A stretch of DNA of 64,000 bases from an uncultured Chloroflexia bacterium (GCA_963765765.1 CAVXYC010000002.1:120257-184256), one strand, 5' to 3'. Shown: positions 30,811 to 41,394, counted from the first letter of the stretch. The notes: generated by a model not told the origin, from the sequence alone. Numbers and translations: made by a program.

Positions 30811-31737
30811 TCATTCGCCGCGGATGCAGCTTGCCACCGCCGCAATGTGCTCAGGCCCGGTGGCACAGCAGCCTCCCACGATTTGAGCGCCAAGGTGGAG
30901 CCACTCTTCAGCGAATTGCGCGTAGCGCTCAGGATCCACATCAGCTGACGATGAGGTGACCCGGTAGTACTTCTCAGCGTCTGGGCCGCTGCCGAAGTCA
31001 GGATTGGGGGCGTAGCCAATGTTGGCATAGGCGCCGATGGGCCCGTTCCAGGCCGATCGGAGCGCCGGCAGGCTCGCCGAGATGCTTGATGGATCGCTAC
31101 ACATGAGCAGGATGGCGTCGACGGGGCGGTTGCCGAGCTCCTGGATGAGTTCTTCGAACGACTCGCCGGAGCGCATCATCCCGTCCGGCCGGACACTGCG
31201 GATGCCGAGGAACATGGGCAGGCCCGTATTCACACAGGCATCGATCATCAGCAGCGCCTCCTCGATGTCTGAAATGCTCTCCGCGAGGATGAGATCCACC
31301 CCCAGTGACGCCAGCAGGCGCGCCTGAGCCTGGGATTCGTGGAATGGTTCGCCACGCCCACCCGGCGGGAGCGCGATTCCCGCGGCCACGTAGGCTTCCG
31401 GGTTGATCGCGTCGCGGGTCTGAAGGGCGATCTCCCCGGCTGCGCTGGCATACCGCTCCCAGGCGTTGGCGTGACCGATCGTCGCGAGCTGTGTGGGACA
31501 GGTCCAGAAGTTGTTCGAGGTGATGATGTCCGCGCCCAGACGCAGATAGTCCTCGTGCACCTGGCGAACAGCATCCGGCGCGTCGATATTTGCCGCGGCC
31601 GACCAGACGCCCGGCTCACCGGCCGCTGTTCCCCGAGAGACGTTCACGCCGCGACGGTCAAGCTCCGAGCCGGTTGCGCCGTCCAGGAGTAAGACCTCCC
31701 CAGAAATTAGGCGTTGACGAATGTCACGAGCGGGCAT
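30811..31737 (-). CDS. Homocysteine S-methyltransferase family protein
   Basis: LLDGATGSEL, HEDYLRLGADII, LMC and GGCC zinc ligands. Confidence 0.9.
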   Translation of the reverse strand: MPARDIRQRLISGEVLLLDGATGSELDRRGVNVSRGTAAGEPGVWSAAANIDAPDAVRQVHEDYLRLGADIITSNNFWTCPTQLATIGHANAWERYASAAGEIALQTRDAINPEAYVAAGIALPPGGRGEPFHESQAQARLLASLGVDLILAESISDIEEALLMIDACVNTGLPMFLGIRSVRPDGMMRSGESFEELIQELGNRPVDAILLMCSDPSSISASLPALRSAWNGPIGAYANIGYAPNPDFGSGPDAEKYYRVTSSSADVDPERYAQFAEEWLHLGAQIVGGCCATGPEHIAAVASCIRGE

Positions 31738-31795
31738 GATTCGATATCTTCCCAGATCGTCTAAGTTGGGGGACCCTGGGAGCGGACCGTGCTAC

Positions 31796-32767
31796 TCATT
31801 CCAGGTATCCGTGCTCCCTGAACCACCGCTCTGCGCCCGGATGGAGCGGCACGTCGCGCGGTGTGGCAGGTGTCTCCTGGCCTAGTTGAGCGATGCTGGT
31901 ATAGGTGCCCTCTTCCCATGGGATCTCCTCGGCGCGGGCGGCCGCGGCCGCGCACACCTGGTAGGCCATCTCGTCCGACAGTGAGGCGCTGCCGTACAGC
32001 GGCCAGCCGCTGTAATCGATGCCCACGTAGTCGTGCGCCAGGTGCGGGACGAAGCCCGACGACATGGTCACGAATCGCCAGCCCATGAGCTCGAGCTGAC
32101 GCTGAATTGGCGCTTCCAGCTCGATCGGCCGCATGCCGCTAGCCAGCGCGACATCGAACCAGTCGTTGTTGTGGATACCCTCGTCCCAGACGAGATCGAT
32201 CTCGCCGGCCTGGATGGCTTCCACGCGGCGCATGTCGCCCGGTGGTCCCACCTCCTGGAAGCTGCCGCCCCAGGCCTTGAACGCGGCCAGATTCAACCCA
32301 TGCAGGCCCAGTATCTGGTCGATAAGTACCCGCGTGGAATGGGTGGGGTCTTCGCGCACGGACACCCGCAGCGTCGGGCGCTTGTCCTTCAGCTCGGCCA
32401 GCGAGGTGATGCCAGTCCGCTCGTGCACCAGGATCACGAACCGATCGAGCGACGGGTACGAGACGACGATGCGCACTGGCAGCGGCTGGGTGAAGAGGCC
32501 GGTGCCCCGATACGCCTGCGTGAGCAGACCCGACGGGTTGACAAAGGCGAGCTCTAGCTCCCCACGAGCAATGGCATGGGCCAGGATAGGTGAGCCCGAT
32601 GACATCCGCAGCGCCGGCGTGTAGTGCTCACTGGAGCCGCTGCCCACGGTAACGCAGATATCCCGATTGCCCGTGTAGCGCGTCTCCGGGTTGCCGGCGA
32701 TGTGCAGCCCGATCTCCCATAGCATCTTGGCGCGTAGAAAATTCGCTCCTCGCGGAAGTGACTCCAT
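31796..32767 (-). CDS. TAXI-type TRAP solute-binding-fold protein, no evident signal peptide
   Basis: TGITSLAELK, VPLHPGAERWFREHG C-terminal TAXI motif. Confidence 0.72.
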   Translation of the reverse strand: MESLPRGANFLRAKMLWEIGLHIAGNPETRYTGNRDICVTVGSGSSEHYTPALRMSSGSPILAHAIARGELELAFVNPSGLLTQAYRGTGLFTQPLPVRIVVSYPSLDRFVILVHERTGITSLAELKDKRPTLRVSVREDPTHSTRVLIDQILGLHGLNLAAFKAWGGSFQEVGPPGDMRRVEAIQAGEIDLVWDEGIHNNDWFDVALASGMRPIELEAPIQRQLELMGWRFVTMSSGFVPHLAHDYVGIDYSGWPLYGSASLSDEMAYQVCAAAAARAEEIPWEEGTYTSIAQLGQETPATPRDVPLHPGAERWFREHGYLE

Positions 32768-33135
32768 AACTCAGCCTCCCGAGCGTCCACGCGGGGCGCT
32801 CCGCTTCCGACTATACCCGGAGTAGCCGCTGGTTATTCCCGCCGGCCGGCTGCCTCAACGGCGTCGTTCATGCTTCTACTCCCCCATCGTTGTGGACTCT
32901 AGCCGGGTGCGACGACCTAACAGCGCGCCTGGCACGTGATCTGCACGGCCGTCACGCGAACCGGATCGACACGCGATCGGGGTTGGGTGTTGGCGTTGGC
33001 GACATCGCGGCGGCTCGTGCATGGTCACTTCAGGCGCCGCTTCCACCTGGAGCATCCGCAAGGTCTGCCAATGTGGCGGCGCGATTACATTCCTCTTCCA
33101 CTTGCAGAAGCGCAACAGATTCGTGGGAGAAACCG

Positions 33136-33631
33136 ATGACAGACCTTCAGGCTATCGCTGATCGCGTCGAGATCGAGGGGCTGCGCGGTGAGTTCACCGA
33201 CGCAGTGATGATGCGTGACTTCGATCGATTCGCGGCGCTGTTCACAGACGATGGTGCCTGGCGAATCCCCTACATCCACGTCGACCTCGTCAGCCGGGCG
33301 GAGATCCGCGACGGGATCGAGCGGATGCAGGGCCTCTGGGACTACTTCGTGCAAACCCAGCATCCGGGCACGATTGAGCTCGAGGGCGACACTGCGGCCG
33401 GGCGGGCGTACGTGCTGGAGCTCGGACGCCAGCGAGATGGGCAAATCGGAGCTGAACTACTCCGTGTACCACGACCGCTATCTGCGCACTCCAGTTGGCT
33501 GGAAGTTCGCGGAGCGCGTGTATGAGATCAGATACCTCGACACCACGCCACTCGCGGGCTCGGCTCCCCGCGCGTCGGGGACACCTGCGAGCTCGTCGAC
33601 CGGGAACGAGAAACGAGAGCCAAAGCCTTGA
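33136..33631 (+). CDS. SnoaL/NTF2-like protein (frameshift near 33440)
   Basis: ADRVEIEGL, FAALFTDDGAW, YHDRY..T..GWKF. Confidence 0.82.
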
Positions 33632-33822
33632 CGGTGGTCGTGACATCAGGAAGCGAATCATTGGCCATTGCGAGATGCTCCCTAAGACGGTTGTCAACCT
33701 CTGAATTTGGCCTGATAGGACAGTGTGCTGGGCGTTGCTGACCAGCATCTCATCCTGCTCCCGATGTTGCGCCGTGGTCAAGGGAAGACTGAGGCCGCAA
33801 GTGACGGGGGCGAGTTGACGTA

Positions 33823-34654
33823 TCAGCGATGACCAGTCGTGACACGGTCCGTTGTGGACGGTGCCTTGAGAGCGCCAGGCTGCGTGTGTGGCTCCCAGCT
33901 CGATGCGTCCGCACGCAATGAGCCCGGACTAATGCTGGCTCCTAGACCTAGCGCCTCCATCACTGCGTCAATGGTGGCTTGATTGCTGGTGACCACGGGC
34001 ACTCCGAACTGGCTTGCGAGCGCATCACGCGCCTCAACCCCGCGGAAGTTCGTGCAGGAGACGAAGAGCAAGTCAAAGTCCAACCCCGCTAGCGAAGTCT
34101 CGGCGAACTGCACAATATGTTCAGGCGAGACTGCGCCAATGGCGAGGTTGTCTGTCAATCCCAAGCCCGTAATGCCCGCGACCCGAAGCCCACGTCTTTC
34201 CAGACCCAATTGGATGTGAGCGTTCAGCTCATCCACATATGGTGTAATCACGGCGACGGAGCGCGGATGATGGCGCTCGATGCACGAGCCAACGGCGTCA
34301 TTGGTGCTCACAACGGCAGCGCTCGGTTACTTGCGAAATCTCCCCGATGAGCCGCGCTTCTCCCTCAGCGCCCAGCACCGCTCCGGCGCTCGTACACGCA
34401 AAGGCGACCACTTGTGGCTGAACGCTCGCGATATCTACGACTGCCTGAGGTACGTACTCCGTCACCATAATGCGTTCGGCCTCGGCGGTCGTCTCAGCCA
34501 GGAACATGCGCGCGGTGTGGAGAGTGACGTGACCAGGCAGATGCCTGAAGAAATCCATCTCCACGACTGTGTTCGACGACGGCACGATGAGACCAATTCG
34601 ACCGCTCTTACTTGAGCCTGATGCCGACACAGTCACCCTCCGGGCGATTCCCAA
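33823..34654 (-). CDS. Maleate cis-trans isomerase / Asp-Glu racemase family (frameshift near 34310)
   Basis: IGLIVPSSNTVVE, FACTS, VITPY, FVSCTNF, VVTSNQA. Confidence 0.87.
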
Positions 34655-34924
34655 TTGCGGACTTCAGCATATATGCCCCAACCACACGTGTCACCCTGAT
34701 GCCATCGTACGATGAGCCGTTTTCAGCAATCTGTCGAGCATGGTAGCCTCACGGTCGGGTGCGGAAACGGCACGCTATCAGAATCCATTCAACCCGCGCC
34801 CCGAGCGATCGTAGATCCTCAGGTTCTCCAACCAGGAGTTGAGATCGAGCGCGATAACACACTCCCGCGCAGATGGCCGAATCGACCACCCGACCGTTGG
34901 ATAGTCGCATGTTCCCCAGGCGAC

Positions 34925-35473
34925 TCAGAGTGGGACGGTGCCAGCGGCGCCAGGGACCGTCAACACGACCAGAATGCCGAGTGCGGTAGCTAGGGCCAGG
35001 CTGACGATCGTGGGCAGCTTTGTGAACACCATCAGTCCCAGTGCCACGGCCAGCACCAACCAGGTGACGGGAGCATCCAGTGAATCCTTGCTCAAGTTCC
35101 AGGAGGTCGCCAACAGGATGCCGACCGCGGTGCTCGCCAGGCCGCGGGTGAAGCGTGGTACGGCGCTGATGGTGCGGAGGCGTTGATAGGCGCCCATCAT
35201 CGGCAGCATCAGATAGCTTGGTAGGACGATGGCAAGCATGCTGAGCGCCGCTCCAAGCCAGCCAAACATCATGTAGCCGATGGACGCGATATACAAATTG
35301 GATTGTCCCGGTGTGACGCGGGCCAGTGCGAAGGCGAACAAGAGCTGATCATTAGTCAGGACCCTGGCGTCCTGCACGAACGATCGCTGCAGCACGGCCG
35401 CCATGACGGTTCCATTGCCGAACGAGGATAAGCTGGCCACCATCAGCGAGCCGAGCATCTCCCACAAGCTCAT
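34925..35473 (-). CDS. Chromate transporter, short-chain CHR (second half)
   Basis: SFGNG, ALARVTPG, IGY, multiple TM segments. Confidence 0.82.
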   Translation of the reverse strand: MSLWEMLGSLMVASLSSFGNGTVMAAVLQRSFVQDARVLTNDQLLFAFALARVTPGQSNLYIASIGYMMFGWLGAALSMLAIVLPSYLMLPMMGAYQRLRTISAVPRFTRGLASTAVGILLATSWNLSKDSLDAPVTWLVLAVALGLMVFTKLPTIVSLALATALGILVVLTVPGAAGTVPL

Positions 35474-36079
35474 GCTGTCCGCTCCGACCCTTCGAGCTCC
35501 CCGTTTCGCGATGGCTTCTCCGCCTGCTTCTTCACAGTGCCGCGTTCACGGATGGTCAGCGCGCCCACCAGGCCGCCCGCTACCAGTAGGAAGGGCGCGC
35601 TAATACCGAAGACCAGGATGCCAATGGCCGCGGACACGGCCAGAAGTAGCTCCACCGAGGGGTGGAAGAACTCTTTTGCCAGACTCCAGGTGGACACGAT
35701 GACGATGGCCAGTGCCGCTGGCATGAGGGTCAAGTTCAGAAGCGGGAACACCGGCGTCCCCTGGAGCCGCTCGCGGCCGATGGTGAGCAGGACGGTGAGC
35801 ACGAACGCCGGGCAGGATCATCGCCACAAGTGCCACCACGGTCCCGAGCATTCCACCGAAGCGGTGGCCGAATGCCACGGCGATGGCCGTCGTGGAGCCG
35901 CTAGGAACGATGCGGGCCAGGCCGTACACGCTCATGAACTCGGATTTGCTGACTTCTCGACGCTTCTCGACCAGCTCACCCTGGAGCAATGCGGTCATGG
36001 CGGTCCCCGCGCCAAACGAGCAGCCCAGCTTGAAGAAGAGCCGGAACAGCTCCCGGAGGCTCATGCGCGGGGCGGGCAT
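35470..36079 (-). CDS. Chromate transporter, short-chain CHR (first half; frameshift near 35812)
   Basis: LFFKLGCSFGAG, ELVEKR, LARIVPS; ATGA-coupled to the second half. Confidence 0.78.
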
Positions 36080-36297
36080 TTTAGGGAATGTAGCCAGGTG
36101 GATCCACGGTACGATGGGCTCATGACGCTCCATCATTGTACGTTTGGGCAGCATCCTGCTGATACCCGGATTCCGCACTTGGGCGAACTTCCCCCCGCCT
36201 GGCCCCAAGGTCTCTACCGTTCCTCGGCCACGTCAGGCCAAGCCTGGCTGCTATCCCGGACGCCGGAGCTTCTTCTTAGGTACCACGGAAACGGTGC

Positions 36298-36436
36298 TTC
36301 AGCTGGGACCGCCGACATCCTGTCGGCCCGGCCCTTCGAGGGCCGCGGCATCAACACGTGAGCGACCGCGGTCGCTGAAGGTCATGGGGCGGCCCTGCAA
36401 AGGGCCGGGCCGACAGGATGTCGGCGGTCCCAGCTG
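36298..36436. repeat. REP/MITE-like element with ~36-bp perfect terminal inverted repeats, copy 2
   Basis: agctgggaccgccgacatcctgtcggcccggccctt ... aagggccgggccgacaggatgtcggcggtcccagct. Confidence 0.82.
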
Positions 36437-36502
36437 TGCCATCGGATTGCTCACGCAGATTGATTCGGGTGACAACCTGCAGTGGTTTGCTAGGCTAAGC
36501 AA

Positions 36503-37447
36503 ATGACCGTCCTGGACTGGATGCTCGATTCTGACCCCTCCATCCGATGGCAGGTATTGCGTGATCTTGTCGATGCCCCAGCTGAGGTCGTGGCGGCGGA
36601 GCGGGCGCGAGTGGCCACTGAGGGGTGGGGTGCCAGGTTGCTGGCCTTGCAGGGAGAAGACGGTCTGTGGGATGGCGGCGCGCTATTTCCCGCTCGGAGA
36701 CTGGACTCGGATCCCGTCGGCCAGCCCTGGACCGCCACGGCATACAGTCTCCTGCTCCTGCGTGACCTGGGGGTGGACCCACGTTGTGACCAGGCGCGCC
36801 GCGCGGTGGCGCAGGTCAGAGACCACTGCCGTTGGGAGCACGCCGGACAGCCCTTCTTCACCGGCGAGGTCGAGCCGTGCATCAACGGTATGACCGTCGT
36901 GCTCGGTGCCTATTTTGATCAAGATGTCAATGGCGTGGTCGCCAGACTCCTTGATGAGCAGCTCGAGGACGGCGGGTGGAACTGTGAGGTGGAGAACGGT
37001 TCGGTTCGTTCTTCGTTCGCCACCACGATCCGCGTGCTTGAAGGGCTGTTGGCGCACGAGCACGCAACCGGTGGCTCGGCGGAATCCCTCGCGGCTCGGC
37101 GGCGGGGTGAAGAGTACCTCCTCGAACGAATGCTGTTCCGGCGTAAGAGCACCGGCGAAGTGGTCGACTCTGCCTGGCTGCAATTCTCATTTCCGACCCG
37201 CTGGCACTACGACGTGCTGCGTGGCCTGGAGTACTTCCGGGTCGCCGGTGATCTGCCGGACCCGCGGGTGGACGAAGCGATTCAGTGGCTCCGATCCAAG
37301 CAGCAGCCCGATGGCACGTGGCTGTTGGAGAACACACATCCCGGCAAGGTCCACTTTACGCTCGATGACGGCGATGGTCGCCCCAGCCGGTGGAACACGT
37401 TACGGGCGCTGCGTGTCCTCAGCTGGTACAGACAAGGAGCTGGCTAA
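36503..37447 (+). CDS. Prenyltransferase/squalene-cyclase-fold (alpha-alpha toroid) protein
   Basis: DSDPSIRWQV, QLEDGGWNC, KQQPDGTW QW-like repeats, SRWNTLRALRVL. Confidence 0.8.
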   Translation: MTVLDWMLDSDPSIRWQVLRDLVDAPAEVVAAERARVATEGWGARLLALQGEDGLWDGGALFPARRLDSDPVGQPWTATAYSLLLLRDLGVDPRCDQARRAVAQVRDHCRWEHAGQPFFTGEVEPCINGMTVVLGAYFDQDVNGVVARLLDEQLEDGGWNCEVENGSVRSSFATTIRVLEGLLAHEHATGGSAESLAARRRGEEYLLERMLFRRKSTGEVVDSAWLQFSFPTRWHYDVLRGLEYFRVAGDLPDPRVDEAIQWLRSKQQPDGTWLLENTHPGKVHFTLDDGDGRPSRWNTLRALRVLSWYRQGAG

Positions 37448-37475
37448 ACGACCAGCTTGGCGGTTGGCCACGGCC

Positions 37476-38918
37476 TCAGGGTGCCGTCTTCAGTCCAAGC
37501 TCCTTGGCTACCTCGTGCTCGACGGCCGTGCCGTCAAAAAAACTAGGGTTGGTGCGCGTGTGCAGTCGGGCGGCGTTCGCGAAGGTGAACTCGCGGAAGT
37601 CCGTCTCTGATACGAAGCCGTGCTCGAGCAGCTCGTACGCCTCGGGGATGACCTCCGCGAAATCGGGCACGTCGAAATGCGTGAAATCGGAGCTGAAGAC
37701 CGGCCGCAAGCGCGCGCCCAATCGCGGATCGAACGCCCACATGGTCGCTGGGTCGTCTGCCTCGCAGCCGAAGTAGAAGTTTTCGCTATACGCGGCCTGG
37801 ATGTCCTGCTTGGCCGTGACGCCTGAGGCAGCAAAATCGTCGGCAACGTGCTCCGGTCGGCTCAGCTCCTCGATGCTGCACTCGGGACGGAACGCGTCGA
37901 GACTATCCATGATCGCGTCGGCGTGTGCCTTGAGGCGCTCGTCGCCGTAGCGCTCGATGAGGCGATGCATCTCGGCAACGTCAGTGGTGCTCGGGAGCTG
38001 CAGCCCTTCGGGCCGGCGCTTCTCCCAGTGCGCCACCATGTCTACATACTGCTGGCACGCCCAGCTGATGCCGCCTTCCATGAAGCCGAAGTTCAGCCGC
38101 GGGTGTCGGTGTGTGACGCCGCCCAAAAACACGCCGCGGGCGAAGGCGTGGTTCGATTCGGCGAAATGCCCCACATGATTGAAGGTGAAGTTGCTGATGG
38201 AGGCGCGATCGGACCAGCGGGGGCTGCCGGAATGCTGGGTCACCGCTACGCCGAGCTCAACGCACCGATTCCAGAACGGATCGTAGTCATACGGACTGTC
38301 GAGCGCGATGTTGTCGCAGTACCAGGCGGCCTTCGATGGATCGATACCTTCCGCGGCGGCGGGGATTGCTCGTTCCTGATTGCCGCGCAGCATGATCGCC
38401 TTGAAGCCGCGCTCGCCGACCGCGTATTCCAGCTCCGCTATCGCTTCGTCTGGAGTCTGGGCCGGGATGATGGCGACGGGCGCGAATCGCTCGCGATAGG
38501 GTGCGAACATGTCCCAGGTCATCATGTTGTACGCGCGTGCCATGGCCGGCTGGAGGTCGCCGGCGATGGTATGAATAGTGAGGCCGAAGCTTGGGTAGAT
38601 GATCGCGAAGTCGATACCCAGCTCCGGCAAGCGCTCGTTCAACAGCGCGGGCAACAGCGCCGTCGCCTTATCGAAGGTCTGGGTCGTTACGCCCCACCAG
38701 ATAGTTCGGCGCAGCCGCTTGCGCTGACGCTCGGCCCAATCGACTCGATACCACTCGCTGTTCCGATGCCAGAAGGCGCGGACCTGGTCGACGGCGCCCG
38801 CCCCGCCAACTTCACGCAGGTACTCGAGAAAGACCGGAATGGGCTCCAGCCAGTGCCCGTCGCCATCGATGACGGGGTGCCCCAGCCGGGCACGAATGTC
38901 CGCCGCTTGCTGTGCCAT
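37476..38918 (-). CDS. Amidohydrolase family protein
   Basis: HPVIDGDGHWLE, YDPFW, FMEGG, FSSDFTHFD. Confidence 0.9.
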   Translation of the reverse strand: MAQQAADIRARLGHPVIDGDGHWLEPIPVFLEYLREVGGAGAVDQVRAFWHRNSEWYRVDWAERQRKRLRRTIWWGVTTQTFDKATALLPALLNERLPELGIDFAIIYPSFGLTIHTIAGDLQPAMARAYNMMTWDMFAPYRERFAPVAIIPAQTPDEAIAELEYAVGERGFKAIMLRGNQERAIPAAAEGIDPSKAAWYCDNIALDSPYDYDPFWNRCVELGVAVTQHSGSPRWSDRASISNFTFNHVGHFAESNHAFARGVFLGGVTHRHPRLNFGFMEGGISWACQQYVDMVAHWEKRRPEGLQLPSTTDVAEMHRLIERYGDERLKAHADAIMDSLDAFRPECSIEELSRPEHVADDFAASGVTAKQDIQAAYSENFYFGCEADDPATMWAFDPRLGARLRPVFSSDFTHFDVPDFAEVIPEAYELLEHGFVSETDFREFTFANAARLHTRTNPSFFDGTAVEHEVAKELGLKTAP

Positions 38919-39193
38919 GATCAGCCTCCGCGGAGCGTGTGGCGCGATTATATCTCCCGGCACTCGATGAGCCGGCCCATTCATTTTCGACTTCTCTCCG
39001 AGAAGGACATCGAATCCCTGCGACTGCCCCAAAACGAAACGCGGCTCTTCAAATGGGGCTATTCCGCGCCAGCTGAGCTCAACCATCAGACCGGGATCAA
39101 CACGGTCTCAGGTTAGTCCAGCTCCCATCAACCTTTCTCTCCGAGAGATGTGTACCGCCTCTTCCGGTAACTTTGAAATTCAAGGAGCTTCGA

Positions 39194-40003
39194 ATGCCTT
39201 CACCACCCCTTCAGCTCACAGGAGCCCATCGTGCGAGCATGCGCCGATTGACGCATCTTACTGACTGGGCTTCAGGGCAAATTGCGCGTCAATCCGTTGG
39301 CGATGAAAGTATGGGTGACCTCGTGCTCTATATCTTCACAGGAGTGGTCATTCGTCTCTGTCGGGCGCTGGTCGCTGAGATTAGGGGTGGATCTACTGAT
39401 CGCACATCGAGTTGTATGAGAGCGATGATCGAGGTGTTGATCAACGCACGGTATGTGCTTTCAGGCGAAACGGAAGAACGTGCTTTGGCGTTTATCTTCG
39501 ACGACGTTCGCAGCAATTTGAACAGGGCGCGCCGTATTCAATTGACTCTACGTCGAGGGCGGGCGCCGTCCATGAGCCGACTGAGCAGCGCAGACGAATG
39601 GCAAGGGCATGTGACTCGATTGGAGACGGAACTTCTGGCGCTCAAGCAACGCTATGGTGATCGTACATTGGCCTGGCCGCCACTAGAGCAGCGTGCAAGG
39701 AAAGGCGACTCTGATGAGCTTTATGCAGGTCCATACTCGCTATTCTCTGAGGATGAACACTTAAGTGCGAGAGCACTTGACGCGTATATGGAGCAACAGG
39801 GTGATCGAGTGAGATTTACATTCGTGCCCGACCTGCATCTCCTGGATAGCTACCTCACGTCAGCGCACGTGTATTTGCTTGCGCTCTTGGATCAGTGTGG
39901 CAAACGTCTCGGTTTTCCTGCGGCCGACGAACTTCGTCGGTTCGGGACCGCAGTGGACTTGCTCATTCCCATGGCCGGTGAATCAGAGTTAGATGTCCAG
40001 TGA
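39194..40003 (+). CDS. DUF5677-like protein
   Basis: RAMIEVLINARYV and Y..FS...H motifs; AAGGAG RBS; visibly lower GC than neighbours. Confidence 0.62.
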   Translation: MPSPPLQLTGAHRASMRRLTHLTDWASGQIARQSVGDESMGDLVLYIFTGVVIRLCRALVAEIRGGSTDRTSSCMRAMIEVLINARYVLSGETEERALAFIFDDVRSNLNRARRIQLTLRRGRAPSMSRLSSADEWQGHVTRLETELLALKQRYGDRTLAWPPLEQRARKGDSDELYAGPYSLFSEDEHLSARALDAYMEQQGDRVRFTFVPDLHLLDSYLTSAHVYLLALLDQCGKRLGFPAADELRRFGTAVDLLIPMAGESELDVQ

Positions 40004-40084
40004 GAAGGCAGAGTTGGCGCGGCCAGCCGAGGCAGAAACGTAATCCCGGTGCTTTGTACTGGATCACTATTGGGAGGAGGCAGA

Positions 40085-40951
40085 TTGGACCCATTAACGC
40101 CTGATGTGCTGGCGGCAGCGAACGCGTATAGCCGTCGGTTACGCGAATTGCTCCACGCGCCCGATATTCTGGTGATGCCCGGTGCGTACGACGTATTGTC
40201 GGCACGGCTCTTCGAGTCCATGGGCTTTTCGGCGATCCAGGGCACTAGCGGCGGGATCAACGCCGTCTACGGCCTGCACGACGAGGAGCTGCTGGGGCTG
40301 GAGCGAACGGCGGGCATCTATCGCGAGATCGTCGCGGCGTTGTCCGTCCCCGTCAATGCGGATGGTGAGAAAGGCTACGGCGGGCCCGAGCAGATACCGG
40401 AGACGGTGCGCCAGTATGTATCGGCTGGCCTCGCGGGCATGAATCTGGAGGACAGCGATTATCATCCGCGCGGCACGCCGATGCGGCTTGTGCCGCAGGA
40501 TGCAGCGGTGGCCAAGATCAAGGCGGTGCTGGACACCAAGCGCGCGCTGGGAAGTGAGTTCTTTCTCAACGCCCGCGTAGACGTTTTTGGCACAGTGAGC
40601 GAACACCGCGAAGGCATGGCTGAAGCAATCGAGCGAGGCAATGCCTACGCCGAGGCCGGCGCCGATTGCATCTTCATCCTCCGACCCGGCGACCGTTCCG
40701 TGATCGAGACGTTGGTGCGAGAAATCAAAGCGCCGCTGAGCGTGCTGGCTGGCCCCGATACGCCGCCCATCCCCGAGCTAGCCGACATCGGCGTAGCACG
40801 GGTGAGCTACGGCGCTTCATTTTCGCGCGTTGCCATCACCGCGGTAGCGCGACTAGCGAACGAGCTGCTTACCAGCGGCGACCCTCGATCCATCCTGAGC
40901 GATGCTATGCCTCGGGACCAGTATCTAAAGCTGCTGCGCGATCACCTGTGA
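40085..40951 (+). CDS. Isocitrate lyase/PEP mutase family protein
   Basis: PGAYDVLSAR, PVNADGEKGYG, NLED, NARVD, YAEAGADCIF. Confidence 0.9.
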   Translation: MDPLTPDVLAAANAYSRRLRELLHAPDILVMPGAYDVLSARLFESMGFSAIQGTSGGINAVYGLHDEELLGLERTAGIYREIVAALSVPVNADGEKGYGGPEQIPETVRQYVSAGLAGMNLEDSDYHPRGTPMRLVPQDAAVAKIKAVLDTKRALGSEFFLNARVDVFGTVSEHREGMAEAIERGNAYAEAGADCIFILRPGDRSVIETLVREIKAPLSVLAGPDTPPIPELADIGVARVSYGASFSRVAITAVARLANELLTSGDPRSILSDAMPRDQYLKLLRDHL

Positions 40952-41193
40952 AGGCGATGGTTCGAATCGGAGTCACGGAGTACCGGGTTGCGCTCAGGGC
41001 GACGTCAGCGTGTAGCTCGGTGGTCTGCCGACCAGCGTCGGCCGAACATGCCAAGGTGCTCCGAATGGCGGCGCGATCCTCCTGGGTCAGTGACAGAGAC
41101 ATTAGACATGGAAAGCGTCCGGACGCGAGGACGCCGGTCGCGCTCATTTCCGAAACACAGGATCACTCTGTGCTCGTGCATAGCGTTTCATCT

Positions 41194-41394
41194 ATGAATG
41201 AACCGCTTGCGTCCCAGGTCCAGTGGAATCTAGGCAAGGTGCTGATAGTCGGCGCGGGGTACCTCCTCGCGGCGCTGTTGGCGGCTGTGTTTGCTCCCGG
41301 CTCGCCGTACCGATACACCCTGTTTGGCGCAACGGCCATCGAAGCCGTCACGTTCGTTTCGGTTTTCTTCATCTGGTTCACCGGCGTCCCTTAG
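41194..41394 (+). CDS. Small two-TM membrane protein
   Basis: 66 aa, two hydrophobic helices, TAGCGT 7 nt before ATG. Confidence 0.5.
   Translation: MNEPLASQVQWNLGKVLIVGAGYLLAALLAAVFAPGSPYRYTLFGATAIEAVTFVSVFFIWFTGVP

Noticed and set aside
32768-33135. Possible riboswitch or ncRNA in the intergenic region
   Set aside because: No recognisable conserved motif or convincing structure by eye; an Infernal/Rfam scan would be needed
36503-37447. Squalene-hopene cyclase or terpene cluster
   Set aside because: Only 314 aa, no DxDD motif, no isoprenoid genes nearby
37848-39116. 422-aa plus-strand ORF
   Set aside because: Antisense shadow of the amidohydrolase
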